Below, in pieces: positions 39,716 to 49,227 of a stretch of DNA of 64,000 nucleotides. This DNA is from Candidatus Dormiibacterota bacterium (GTDB lineage Bacteria > Chloroflexota > Dormibacteria > Aeolococcales > Aeolococcaceae): contig OY970355.1 of the NCBI GenBank assembly GCA_963718525.1, positions 3,072,001 to 3,136,000 of the forward strand, in the 5' to 3' direction. Position numbers and translations under genes: made by a program. The stretch's first letter is position 1. Each line of letters begins with the position of its first letter. Under the pieces are notes generated by a model. That model saw nothing but the letters and a program-made list of their open reading frames with translations. It had not been told where the DNA came from and made no database searches.

Positions 39716-42073
39716 GTGGAGACCATCGAACGCCTCTACACGGAGGCCGAAGCGTCATTCCCGGACTGGGACGTGGTCAAGGACGTTGTCGACGAGTTCA
39801 TCGACCTCGCGCTCAACTATCGCCAGAGCGGGCACCCGGGTGGATCGCGCTCGAAGGTCCATCTCCTGCTCTCGACCATGCTGTCCGGCGCGATGCACTG
39901 GGACGTCCGCCGTCCGTGGCTGCCGTTTGGTGACCGGTTCGTCCTCTCGGCTGGACACACGGTTCCTGTCGTCTACGCAGCCCTTGCAGCGCTCAACGAG
40001 ACGCTTCGGCTCCGAGCAGCACGCGACCCCAATCCTGCCTTCACCCTGCCTGACGACGGGCGCTGGGCTCTGCTCCCCGAGCACCTCACCACCCTCCGGC
40101 ATCGCGGCGGACTACCGGGACATCCGGAGATGGCCGGGCGGAGCCTGTTTCTCAAGTTCAACACCGGTCCCTCCGGCCACGGTATGCCACCCGCCGCCGG
40201 CGAGGCCCTCGCGCTCAAGCTGGCCGGCGCCGGCGATGTGCGTGTCTTCGTCGTGGAGGGCGAAGGCGGTTTGACCGCCGGGGCGAGCCACGAGACGCGC
40301 AATGCGGCGTGGGGGCTGGGGCTCGCGAACCTCGTGTTCCTTGTCGACTGGAACGATTTCGGGATCGACGACTTCGCCGCGTCGTCGGTGGTCCCCGGAA
40401 CCCCCGAAACCTGGTTCGGGTCATACGGCTGGCGCGTGTCCGGCACCATGGAGGGATCCGAGTGGTCGCCGGTGACCAGGGCTGTGCTCGAGGCAGCGCG
40501 CGGCGAGAACCCCGAGCGCGTGCCGTCGGTGGCATGGTTCCGCACCCGCAAGGGTCGGGGGTACGGGAAGTACGACAGCAAGAGTCATGGCTCGCCGCAC
40601 GCCATGAACAGCGCGCCCTTCTGGGAAATCCGCCACGCGTTCATGGCGAAGTACGGCATGGGCTACGCCGGCGTGGACGAGCCCGCGCCGTCCGCCCCGG
40701 GCGCGATTCTCGAGCAGGCCGCTGAGAATCTGCGCCGGGCAGCCGGGGTGCTGGCGGCTCATCCCGCTGTGGTCGATGCGATTTCCGATCGGCTCATCGA
40801 GCTGGCTTCGCTGGTGCCGGAACGTATCGAGGGGCTGAAGGTCGGCGGTCATGGTGCCGACGTCTTCAGCGATCCACGGCTGACCGACTTCCACAGTTAC
40901 CCGGACGCGATGTACCGGAAACCCGGCGAGAAGCAGGCGAACCGCACCGCGTTCGGCGCCTGGAGCTCGTGGGTGAACGCGACCGCGCTCCGCGACTACG
41001 ATCGCCCGCTGTTCATCGCCGCCTCGGCGGACCTCGCCGATTCGACGAACCTCTCCGGTTTCGGCAAGGACTTCGGCGACCTGCCCGGTTCCGGTTGGTA
41101 CCAGCGTGACTCCAATCCGGCAGGGGCGCTGCTCCCGACTGAGATCACCGAGTTCACCAATGCCGGGATGATCGCGGGGCTTGCCACCGTGAACCTGGCA
41201 GGGGACCCGTTCAACTCCTTCAACGGTTTCTGGGGCGCGTGTTCCACGTACGGTTCGTTCAGCTACCTGAAATACGGCGAGATGCGACTGTTCAGCCAGC
41301 TCGCCCAGGACTGCGAGCTGAAGGTTGGCAGGGTGCTCTGGGTGGCCGGCCACTCGGGCCCGGAGACCGCAGAGGACTCGCGAACGCACTTCGGGATCTA
41401 CGAGCCTGGTGTGACCCAGCTCTTCCCCGAGGGAAAGGTCGTCGACCTGCACCCGTGGGAGTACAACGAGGTGCCGGTGGTGCTCGCGGCCGCGCTGGCA
41501 ACCGATGTACCGATCATCGCCCTCCATCTCACGCGACCGGCGATCGAGCTGCCCGATCGAGTGGCGCTCGGCATGCCGAGTCATTTCGAGGCGGCGCGCG
41601 GCGCGTATGTGCTTCGTGCCTTCCGCGCCGACCTGCCTGGGATGGGGACCGTGTTTGTGCAGGGTACGACGACAACTGCGAATCTCGTCAAGGCCTTGCC
41701 GGATCTTGACAGGCTTGGCCTCAACGTGAAGATCGTGGCTGCGATCAGCCCACAGCTGTTTCGTCTGCAGCCCGCGGAGTACCGCGAGAGCGTGATCGGC
41801 CCTGCAGACCGCCTCGATGCCATGGCGATCACCAACCGCACCGTCAAGCTCATGCGCGACTGGGTCGACGGGCCGCTGGGCGCGGAGTATTCGATGGGGG
41901 CGGATTGGGATGACCGGTGGCGGACCGGCGGCTCTGTGGACGAGGTCATGGACGAGGCGCACCTGACGACACCGCACATCCTCGAGGGTATCGGCCGGTT
42001 CGTGCGCGATCGCGAGAGCAGACTCCGGCGACTTCACGACCTGGTCGCCGCGGCGGATCGCGGGGAGTCGTAG
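39716..42073 (+). CDS. Transketolase-family TPP enzyme
   Basis: SGHPGGS, DRFVLSAGH, LPGHPE, TGPSGHG, SADLADS, HSG..EDSRTH. Confidence 0.88.
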   Translation: METIERLYTEAEASFPDWDVVKDVVDEFIDLALNYRQSGHPGGSRSKVHLLLSTMLSGAMHWDVRRPWLPFGDRFVLSAGHTVPVVYAALAALNETLRLRAARDPNPAFTLPDDGRWALLPEHLTTLRHRGGLPGHPEMAGRSLFLKFNTGPSGHGMPPAAGEALALKLAGAGDVRVFVVEGEGGLTAGASHETRNAAWGLGLANLVFLVDWNDFGIDDFAASSVVPGTPETWFGSYGWRVSGTMEGSEWSPVTRAVLEAARGENPERVPSVAWFRTRKGRGYGKYDSKSHGSPHAMNSAPFWEIRHAFMAKYGMGYAGVDEPAPSAPGAILEQAAENLRRAAGVLAAHPAVVDAISDRLIELASLVPERIEGLKVGGHGADVFSDPRLTDFHSYPDAMYRKPGEKQANRTAFGAWSSWVNATALRDYDRPLFIAASADLADSTNLSGFGKDFGDLPGSGWYQRDSNPAGALLPTEITEFTNAGMIAGLATVNLAGDPFNSFNGFWGACSTYGSFSYLKYGEMRLFSQLAQDCELKVGRVLWVAGHSGPETAEDSRTHFGIYEPGVTQLFPEGKVVDLHPWEYNEVPVVLAAALATDVPIIALHLTRPAIELPDRVALGMPSHFEAARGAYVLRAFRADLPGMGTVFVQGTTTTANLVKALPDLDRLGLNVKIVAAISPQLFRLQPAEYRESVIGPADRLDAMAITNRTVKLMRDWVDGPLGAEYSMGADWDDRWRTGGSVDEVMDEAHLTTPHILEGIGRFVRDRESRLRRLHDLVAAADRGES

Positions 42074-42100
42074 CGCCGCATCACGGCAAAGGCGTCTGCG

Positions 42101-43344
42101 CTACACGTCCGCCCGCTGCAGGAGATGCGGACCGTATCTCATCGCCGTCGACCGGCCCGTGCCGTCAGTCGCGAAACTCACCTCTTCACCGAAGTGTCCG
42201 TAGTCGTCACCACCAATCTCGCCGCGGTAGTGGCCGGCGAGCCGACCAACACTCGCGCGGGAGTGGCCGTGCGCCGTTTCGGCGGCATCGGCCCATCGAC
42301 GCACCACCCACGCGGCGCTGTGGAAGTTGGGATGGTGTCGAGCGCCATGCCCGGCACCGGACCGTTGGTGTTGTTCAGGACTGCCGCGGCGTGGCCCCAC
42401 TCCGGTGAGAATCCGATCTTGGTGGTGAATCCGGGAAACCCGCCACTGTGACCGCGGATGGGGATGCCGTCGACGTGCCAGATCATCCACCCCAGTCCGT
42501 GGTGGGGCTCCTCGTGACGCTGCCACTGCGTCCGTTGCATCTCGCGTCGCGACAGGTCCGAGATGAGCTCACCCGACCCTGGGAAGTGCGCCTGCTGATA
42601 CGTGAGCAGGTCAGGCACCGTCGAAACCAGGCCGCCGGCAGGAGCGAAGGCGCGCGCTTCGGCATGGCGCGCGGGATGCGGATCCTCTCCGGGACGTCCT
42701 TGGGAGTAGCCGGTGGCGAGCGTTCTCCGGGCGCGAGGAATCAACGACGGGGCGCTCCCTTTCAAGCCGAGCGCCCGCAGGACGTCTCGTTGCAGGAGGG
42801 CCTCAAACGGCCTGCCGCTGACGGCCTCGAGCGCCTCACCGAGCAACACGTAGGCGATATTCGAGTAGCGGAATGACGTCGCCGGCTCCGCGAAGGTCAG
42901 CCGCTGACGCACCTCCTTGCGCACCGTGTCTCGATCCGGGAAGTCGTCATCGCCCCACGTGTTGGACCCGTCGCGAATCACGCCGCCGCCGTGAATCAGC
43001 AGGTGCCGAATGGTGATGTCCCTCGCATGGGGCAAGCGCCTGATCCAGCTCAGGTAGGTCGCGATGGGCTCATCGAGTCGCATCCGTCCGGCCTCGACCT
43101 GCTGCATCACCAGAGTTGCCGTCATCGTTTTGGTGATCGACGCGCAGCGGTAGCTCGTCGCATCGGGAGTCGTCGGGCGACCCGACGCAATGTCGGCGGT
43201 GCCCATCGCGTCGAGCATGACAGCGCGAGCGCCATGGCTGATCCCGAACGAGATTCCAGGAACGCCCCAGCGCATCGCCTGGTAGCGAATCCACCGCCGG
43301 GCGACCTCCGCCGCATCGGCAAGCTGGCGGGGTGCGATGTTCAC
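42101..43344 (-). pseudogene. Beta-lactamase-family serine hydrolase with a frameshifted C-terminus
   Basis: SxxK (ASITK), YSN, HSGG; after ALDTI near 42325 the protein-like sequence continues in another frame to the TAG at 42101. Confidence 0.7.
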
Positions 43345-43585
43345 GAGCGCAACACTAGCGCGTGAGCTTCACGGTGTTTCTTGCCAGAGGCGGCATGCAC
43401 GGAGACAAAAGAGGCGCTGGTCCCTCTCCATACCGATGGAGACTCCGAGGCCAGCAGTGTGACGCGTTAGGCGCGATCGGAGCAAGGGGTTTATTTGCCT
43501 TGAACGATTCGAAGTAATAGTTCGACCGTTTCGGCGGATGAGATAAGCGCGCTCGAATCGCACCTGCGCCCCGTAGGATTGTGGG

Positions 43586-45386
43586 GTGGCCGACGCACTT
43601 CTGACGCGCCTCCTCGAAGCACGCAGCTCGGTCATCGCCGATGTCGCAGCCGATGGCGCCGAGCTGCTCGTGCGCTGCGATGCCACCGGCAGCATGCAGG
43701 TCTACCGCCTCGCCGCAGAGGGCGGCGACCTGACGCAGCTGACCTTCCTCGATGAGCCGGTTTCGGCGGCTCGCTACATTCCCGGTACCGACGACGTGGT
43801 GGTTGCTGTCGATCGTGGCGGCAACGAGAACTATCAGCTGTGGCTGGTCGACATCAATGGCGGTGCACCGCGCCCGCTCCTCGTCGAGGAGCACATCAAA
43901 CACGATCTTGGGGATGTCAGCCGCGACGGAGGGTTCATTGCCTTCTCCTCAACGAAGCGAAACGGCGTGGACATCGACGTGTACCTGCTCGACCTCGCGG
44001 ACGGCACGGTTCGCAGCCTCCTCGAGGGCGGATGGAACAGGGTCGAGAGCTTCTCGCCTGACGGACATTGGCTCACCGTGGTGCGCCTCGATGGCGCGTT
44101 CGCGCTCAGCGACGACCTGCTGCTCATCGACCTCACAACGGGCGACGTTCGGACGGTGGTCGAACGCCTCGGTGCGGGCACCGCCATCGCTCCAGCATGG
44201 TATCCCAACTCGTCAGGCTTCCTCTTCAGCACGGACTCGGGCCGCGATGTCTCGTCAATCGCCCGGTACGACATCGAGACAGATGCCTGGCGCTACGTGC
44301 TCGAAACCGCTTGGGATAGCGAGGCCACGCTGAGTCGGGATGGACGGACCGCGCTCATTGTGCACGCGGAGAATGCGGTGACGCGCCTCCAGCTCCACGA
44401 CGGCGAGAGCCTCGCGCACCTGCGAAATCTCTCCCTGCCCAAAGCCGGGACCGGGTTCGGTTTGCCCCTGGTTCCACGGCCATATCTGAGCTCTGACGGC
44501 GAGACCGCACTGCTGACCTACACAGCCACTGCGACACCGTTGACCCCCATCCGCGTCGATACCACCGGTGCGGGGCCGCCGACGCCGCTGCTGCCGATCG
44601 ACCAGGTCGTCTCGCCGGATCTCGTCACGCCCGAGCTGCAGAAGATTGCTTCTTTTGATGGTGAGCAGATCACCTACTTCCTGTACAAACCGCCGGTCGA
44701 CAATGCGCCGGTTGTCGTGGTGGTGCACGGAGGACCGGAGGCGCGCTTCGTGCCTCGCTACGACCCCTTCATCATCCGTCTGCTCGCCGAGGGGATCGCG
44801 GTTGTGGCGCCGAATGTCCGCGGTTCAGCCGGTTGGGGACGCCGCTTCGTTTCGCTTGACGACCGCCGCCTGCGGCTCGACTCCGTCCGTGATCTGACCG
44901 CGGTGCACGCATCGCTCGGTGAGCGCGGCGTTGACGCCAGGCGGGTCGCCGTGATGGGAGCGTCGTACGGAGGCTACATGACGCTCGCCGCGCTGGCCTT
45001 CTACCCGGACCTGTGGGCGGCCGGGATCGCGACCGTCGGTATCAGCAGCTTGCTGACCTTCCTCGAGAACACCTCGCCGTATCGACGCCGGGTGCGCGAG
45101 GTTGAGTACGGTTTTCTGGAGACGGATCGCGACTTTCTCATCGAGGCGTCACCGATGACCCACGTCGAGGAAATCCGCGCTCCCCTGATGCTGATTCACG
45201 GGGCCAATGACCCGCGCGTCCCCGTCGGTGAGGCGCGTCAGCTCCACGAGTCGCTGCTGTCGCGCGGCATCGCCACCGAACTGTTGATTTACGACGACGA
45301 GGGCCACGGTCTGGCGAAGCGCGCCAATCGAACTCGATGCGTCGCCCCGGATGCTCGCCTTTCTGCGCAAGCATCTCGGCGTGTAA
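43586..45386 (+). CDS. S9 prolyl oligopeptidase/acylaminoacyl peptidase with an apparent +1 frameshift near 45331
   Basis: Beta-propeller, VHGGP, GASYGG, NDPRV, EGHG; shifted frame gives a natural end LDASPRMLAFLRKHLGV-stop. Confidence 0.88.
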
Positions 45387-45400
45387 CGGGCGACGCGGCA

Positions 45401-45619
45401 ATGGTCATCGTTGTTGACCCGGGCGGTGACGAGCATGCGTATCAGACCGGACGCTACATCGAGGTCACCGACGGTCATCTGATCATCAGGGATGGCATCG
45501 GCGGCACAGCCATAGCGATCTTTGCGCCAGGGACATGGCAGTCTGCCCACATCGAGGCGGCGACTGCCCGCAATCCTGGAACGTCGGGCATCGCTCCCCG
45601 CCGGGGCCAGTCCACGTAG
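45401..45619 (+). CDS. Small hypothetical beta-strand protein
   Basis: MVIVVDP...DGHLII...AIFAPGTW; fused to the peptidase in the ORF track only through the frameshift. Confidence 0.6.
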   Translation: MVIVVDPGGDEHAYQTGRYIEVTDGHLIIRDGIGGTAIAIFAPGTWQSAHIEAATARNPGTSGIAPRRGQST

Positions 45620-45663
45620 CCGGCCCTCCGCCCTGGTGGCTCGTCACGCGTGAGGGCGCCTGT

Positions 45664-45816
45664 CTATTGCTTGCGAGGAGGGCCTTCGGGAGCGTCGGTC
45701 TCGGCCGAGCGGTCGGGATCCGGCACCTCCGGCTGCTCAGGATCGGGATCCGCGATCTCCGGCTCGGGCAACGGCTCGGGCGTTGAACTGGGGGTCGGGG
45801 TCATGGGAATATTCAT
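45664..45816 (-). CDS. Small acidic Pro-rich protein, leaderless
   Basis: TACACT 6 nt before the ATG; 50 aa rich in P/E/D. Confidence 0.5.
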   Translation of the reverse strand: MNIPMTPTPSSTPEPLPEPEIADPDPEQPEVPDPDRSAETDAPEGPPRKQ

Positions 45817-45876
45817 ACTGGGAGTGTATCTACCTGTACCTAACGATGGGCGTCTATCTGATATTGTCGCTATCAA

Positions 45877-46392
45877 ATGAGCACCACCCGCGTCACCGAT
45901 GTCATCCGAATGGACCACGTGTGGTTCCGCAATCAGTTCACCGCGCTCGGTGACGCGCGCGGCGATGTTGCGCGACTGACTTCGATCTGGGCCGCGCTGT
46001 CAACTCGCCTGGAGGTGCATGCGGCGGCCGAGGAGACGCTCTTCTACCCGCGGTTGCTCAAGGACGACCCCGATGCGGTCGATGACACCAAGGATGCGGT
46101 GAGAGACCACAACGAGATCCGAGACGCGATACGCAACGCCGAGGGGCACAGCGTCGGGGACGATCGATGGTGGCACGCGGTCAACGACACCGAGAAGGCC
46201 AACGACGAGCACATGGACGAGGAAGAACAAGGTCCGCTGCTCGAGTTCGACGATGCTGCGTCCACCGCCGAGCAGGCTGAGCTCGCGTCCGCATTCACGG
46301 CGTTTGAAGCAGAGCATGCAGGGGCTCGGGGTATAGCGGTAGTTGACAAGGACCCGGACGAGTACGTCGAGGAGATCATCGACGAGAGCTGA
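45877..46392 (+). CDS. Hemerythrin/HHE domain protein
   Basis: DH, HAAAEE..FYP, DHNE, HMDEEE. Confidence 0.9.
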   Translation: MSTTRVTDVIRMDHVWFRNQFTALGDARGDVARLTSIWAALSTRLEVHAAAEETLFYPRLLKDDPDAVDDTKDAVRDHNEIRDAIRNAEGHSVGDDRWWHAVNDTEKANDEHMDEEEQGPLLEFDDAASTAEQAELASAFTAFEAEHAGARGIAVVDKDPDEYVEEIIDES

Positions 46393-46413
46393 TCCGGTAC
46401 GACGACGACACAG

Positions 46414-46468
46414 CCGTATAGCTTGTCTGGCAGCTAAGTTGACACGACTGGTGCCGGGTCACTAAGCT
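46414..46468 (+). promoter_or_regulatory. Promoter of candidate sRNA 1
   Basis: CCGTATAGC-N16-TTGACA-N18-TAAGCT. Confidence 0.65.
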
Positions 46469-46474
46469 CCTGAG

Positions 46475-46566
46475 GTCGACGGTCGAGAGGTCGTCGTCCC
46501 CACCCCCTCCCAACGAGTCCACCCCGCCGGGATCAAGGTCCACGGCGCGGGTGGACTCTTCGGTTT
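46475..46566 (+). ncRNA. Candidate sRNA 1 (hairpin, C-rich seed, terminator hairpin)
   Basis: GACGGUC-GAGA-GGUCGUC hairpin, CCCCACCCCCUCCCAAC linker, GAGUCCACCC...GGGUGGACUC-UUCGGUUU; no convincing ORF. Confidence 0.55.
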
Positions 46567-46571
46567 CGCGG

Positions 46572-47708
46572 TCAGGCGAGTGGGAGGACGACGGTGAACG
46601 TGCTCCCGCCACCCGGGGTCGCGGTGACCGCGATGTCGCCCCCGTGGAGCCGAGCGGTCTCACGGGCCAGGTAGAGGCCGAGGCCGGTCCCGCGAATGTG
46701 GCTGGTTTCAGGCGTCACCAGGCGGCCGAACCGGCTGAAAAGCAGATGCGCCTGCTCGGCGTTGATGCCGATCCCGTGGTCGCGAACGACGATGCTCATG
46801 GCTCTGCCGTCATCTTCGCAGCCGATCTCGATCGTCCCACCCGCAGGCGAGTATTTGATCGCGTTGTCGATGAGGTTGGTCAACATGGTGGTGAGGCGGC
46901 GGCGGTCGGCGACAACGGCCACCGAGTCGCGCTGCGTGGTCACAGCGAACCGGTGCTCTTCGCTCATCAGCGGACGCATCGACTGCACGGCATCCTCAAT
47001 GACCCTGAGCAGGTCCAGGGGTTCGAGCTCGAGCTCGAGTCCGAGGGTCTCGAGCCGGGCGGTTTCAAGCATGTCTGAGATCAGTCGCGCCATCTCTTCG
47101 GCCTTCTCGGTGATGCGGCTGAGCGCCACGCGTCGCTCTGCAGGAGGCAACACCCCCTCGCCGAGCATCGATGAGTACCCCCTGATGATTCCGAGAGGGC
47201 TTCGAAGCTCATGCGCGGCGATGTTCAGGAACTCGCTCTTGAGCCGCTCGAGGCGCCGGCTGCGTTCGGCCTCCTGGAGCAGCTCGTCGGCCATCGCGGC
47301 CTGGCTGACTCCGTGACCAACGATGCCGGCAAGCGACTGCAACGTGCCGCGAGCATCGGCGCTGAGTCGGCCCTCGCCGCTGACGACGAGGAGCGCGGCG
47401 ACTCTCTCGTCGCCCCGCACCGGCACGATGACGGCGGGCGGGTCGTCGACAGTCAGGCCCGACGAGATCGCTCGGTCGAATGCAGGGTGGTCGCTGACGC
47501 GATAGGGCCCGCGAGCACTCGGCTCGACGAGGTCCGATGCCGCGACGCACGCCAGAAAATCGCCGCGGAGCAGGAGTAGCCAGGCTTGGCGGGAAATTCC
47601 AGGGGCGGATGCCAGCCGTGAGGCGAGCCTGACCGCTTCGCGGAAGAGCCGGCGCGACGCGTCATCCTGGGTGCCGGGGTCATCCGTAATGGGCGCCGGG
47701 TCCTGCAC
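46572..47708 (-). CDS. GAF sensor histidine kinase
   Basis: AAHELRSP, NAIKYS, GTGLGL; start 47708 or 47765. Confidence 0.92.
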   Translation of the reverse strand: MQDPAPITDDPGTQDDASRRLFREAVRLASRLASAPGISRQAWLLLLRGDFLACVAASDLVEPSARGPYRVSDHPAFDRAISSGLTVDDPPAVIVPVRGDERVAALLVVSGEGRLSADARGTLQSLAGIVGHGVSQAAMADELLQEAERSRRLERLKSEFLNIAAHELRSPLGIIRGYSSMLGEGVLPPAERRVALSRITEKAEEMARLISDMLETARLETLGLELELEPLDLLRVIEDAVQSMRPLMSEEHRFAVTTQRDSVAVVADRRRLTTMLTNLIDNAIKYSPAGGTIEIGCEDDGRAMSIVVRDHGIGINAEQAHLLFSRFGRLVTPETSHIRGTGLGLYLARETARLHGGDIAVTATPGGGSTFTVVLPLA

Positions 47709-48123
47709 GGCGGCGAGCGCCTGCTTCAGCTTGCGGTTGGGAGCGAGGCGCGATCGCTCGTTCAACGCTCTCGGCGAGCTGCGCCGGAGTGGTGTCGGCC
47801 TTGACCAGGAACTCGAGCGCGCCTAGCTTCATGCCTCGTTCTCGGAGCTCGGGTTCGCCGTAGTTGGTGAGGATGATCACCGGGATGTGCATGGTCTCGG
47901 GGGCCGAGCGAAGGCTCTCCAGCACTTCGAATCCATCGAGGCCCGGGAGACGGAGATCGAGGTAGATGAAGTCCGGAGCTTCGTCTGCGGCCAAGCGCAG
48001 GCCTTCCTTGCCATCGCGACCAATCACCACCGAATAGCCGTCGGCGACAAGTCGCAGCCGATACATCTCCGCTGCGGCGACGTCGTCCTCAATCAGCAGG
48101 ACCTTGACGTCATCCTCCAGCAC
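47680..48123 (-). CDS. Single-domain response regulator
   Basis: LLIEDD, IYLDLRLP, ILTN, FLVK; RBS GGAGGA. Confidence 0.92.
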   Translation of the reverse strand: MLEDDVKVLLIEDDVAAAEMYRLRLVADGYSVVIGRDGKEGLRLAADEAPDFIYLDLRLPGLDGFEVLESLRSAPETMHIPVIILTNYGEPELRERGMKLGALEFLVKADTTPAQLAESVERAIAPRSQPQAEAGARRRAGPGAHYG

Positions 48124-48290
48124 GTGCTCCTCCTTGGCCGTTGCAATTGGTCGCTCCCTCGGCAAATGCTACCTCCGCCTCTCGGTACGGTACCAGACAC
48201 AAAGCGCCCGTATTCACCGCACGGGTGTAGGCCCGAGGCCCTGGGACGCCACCGAGGGGCGTCCACCCCGCCGAACGCCAACCGCAGCGA

Positions 48291-48461
48291 TCAGCGAACG
48301 ACGATGCCCACTCCGAAGACGATGGTCCACGCCACGGCAAGGAAGAGTGCCATGCCGGTCACCAGGCTGCGTACGTCCAGCCTCCGACGACGCCGCAATG
48401 CGCGCAGGCGGATTCGAGGGGCAACCACCTCGTCCCGCCTTGGGGAAAGCATCTCGGTCAC
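48291..48461 (-). CDS. Small single-TM membrane protein (56 aa); not in the ORF track
   Basis: MTEMLSPRRDEVVAPRIRLRALRRRRRLDVRSLVTGMALFLAVAWTIVFGVGIVVR; TATCAT 6 nt before the GTG. Confidence 0.6.
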   Translation of the reverse strand: MTEMLSPRRDEVVAPRIRLRALRRRRRLDVRSLVTGMALFLAVAWTIVFGVGIVVR

Positions 48462-48485
48462 CGCGCAATGATAGCAATATCGCCG

Positions 48486-48504
48486 CTATCATGTTTTGTG
48501 ATAG
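48486..48504. promoter_or_regulatory. Palindrome CTATCA-N7-TGATAG
   Basis: CTATCAtgttttgTGATAG overlapping extended -10 TGaTAGGAT. Confidence 0.75.
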
Positions 48505-48561
48505 GATGTTCCTGCGGGGAGGACGAGGGACAGTCGCGACAATCAATTGGAGGTACGCGGT

Positions 48562-48765
48562 ATGGCTCGTAAGTACAAGCCGATACAGCTCGATGTGAAG
48601 CCGGTGGCCGGCGCCTATCTGAACGAGGCAGCCACGTGCCCGCAATGCAGCTCGCGCATCACCGAGGTGCTGGGCCGCATGGGTCTGCGGCTCGTCTTCC
48701 GCTGTGATCGGTGCCGGGTGCAGTTCTTCCGCCAGCGTGCCATCACCAGCGCAGGCCTGGTGTAA
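48562..48765 (+). CDS. Small CxxC..CxxC zinc-ribbon-like protein, copy 1
   Basis: RBS GGAGGT; TCPQC...RCDRC; paralog at 52829. Confidence 0.85.
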   Translation: MARKYKPIQLDVKPVAGAYLNEAATCPQCSSRITEVLGRMGLRLVFRCDRCRVQFFRQRAITSAGLV

Positions 48766-48882
48766 ATCTCCGAGTGCCGCGGCGATTGACGTATAGAATC
48801 GCTGGGATGCTGGTAACGCGCAGAGCTTCCCTACTGGCCGTCCGTGGCCGTCAGCTCCCACGCATCACATTCGGTCGGTCGA

Positions 48883-49227
48883 ATGCCGGCTGAAACGGTG
48901 GTTCCCACGTCGGAGCGCATGCTCGATCTCGACAAGCCGCTCTACACCATCAGCGTCGCTGCCGAGATCCTCGCAAGCCATCCGCGGACGCTGATGATGT
49001 ACGAGACCATGGGTCTCGGCGTGCCGGACCGCACCGCGACCAATCGGCGGCGGTACTCGCAGCGCGACATCCTCACGCTCAGCGCCATCCAGCGGCTCAC
49101 CAGGCAATCCGGGCTGAACATCGCAGGCGCGCGCTACGTCATCAAATGCCTGCAACTCCTCGACGCGCACGGCATCCCTCGGCCGCCGGAGCTCGCCGGG
49201 ATTGACATCGAGCACGTTCGGCTCTGA
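48883..49227 (+). CDS. HspR/GlnR-like MerR family regulator, copy 1
   Basis: PLYTISVAAE..HPRTL..YE..GL..P.RT..NRRRYS..D; start chosen by comparison with the paralog. Confidence 0.9.
   Translation: MPAETVVPTSERMLDLDKPLYTISVAAEILASHPRTLMMYETMGLGVPDRTATNRRRYSQRDILTLSAIQRLTRQSGLNIAGARYVIKCLQLLDAHGIPRPPELAGIDIEHVRL

Noticed and set aside
43509-43525. TCGAA-N7-TTCGA as a LexA box
   Set aside because: Does not fit GAAC-N4-GTTC and no SOS gene is adjacent
48782-48802. GCGATT-N9-AATCGC palindrome containing CGTATAG upstream of MerR copy 1
   Set aside because: Single occurrence and lacks the N16-TTGACA context; too weak to call
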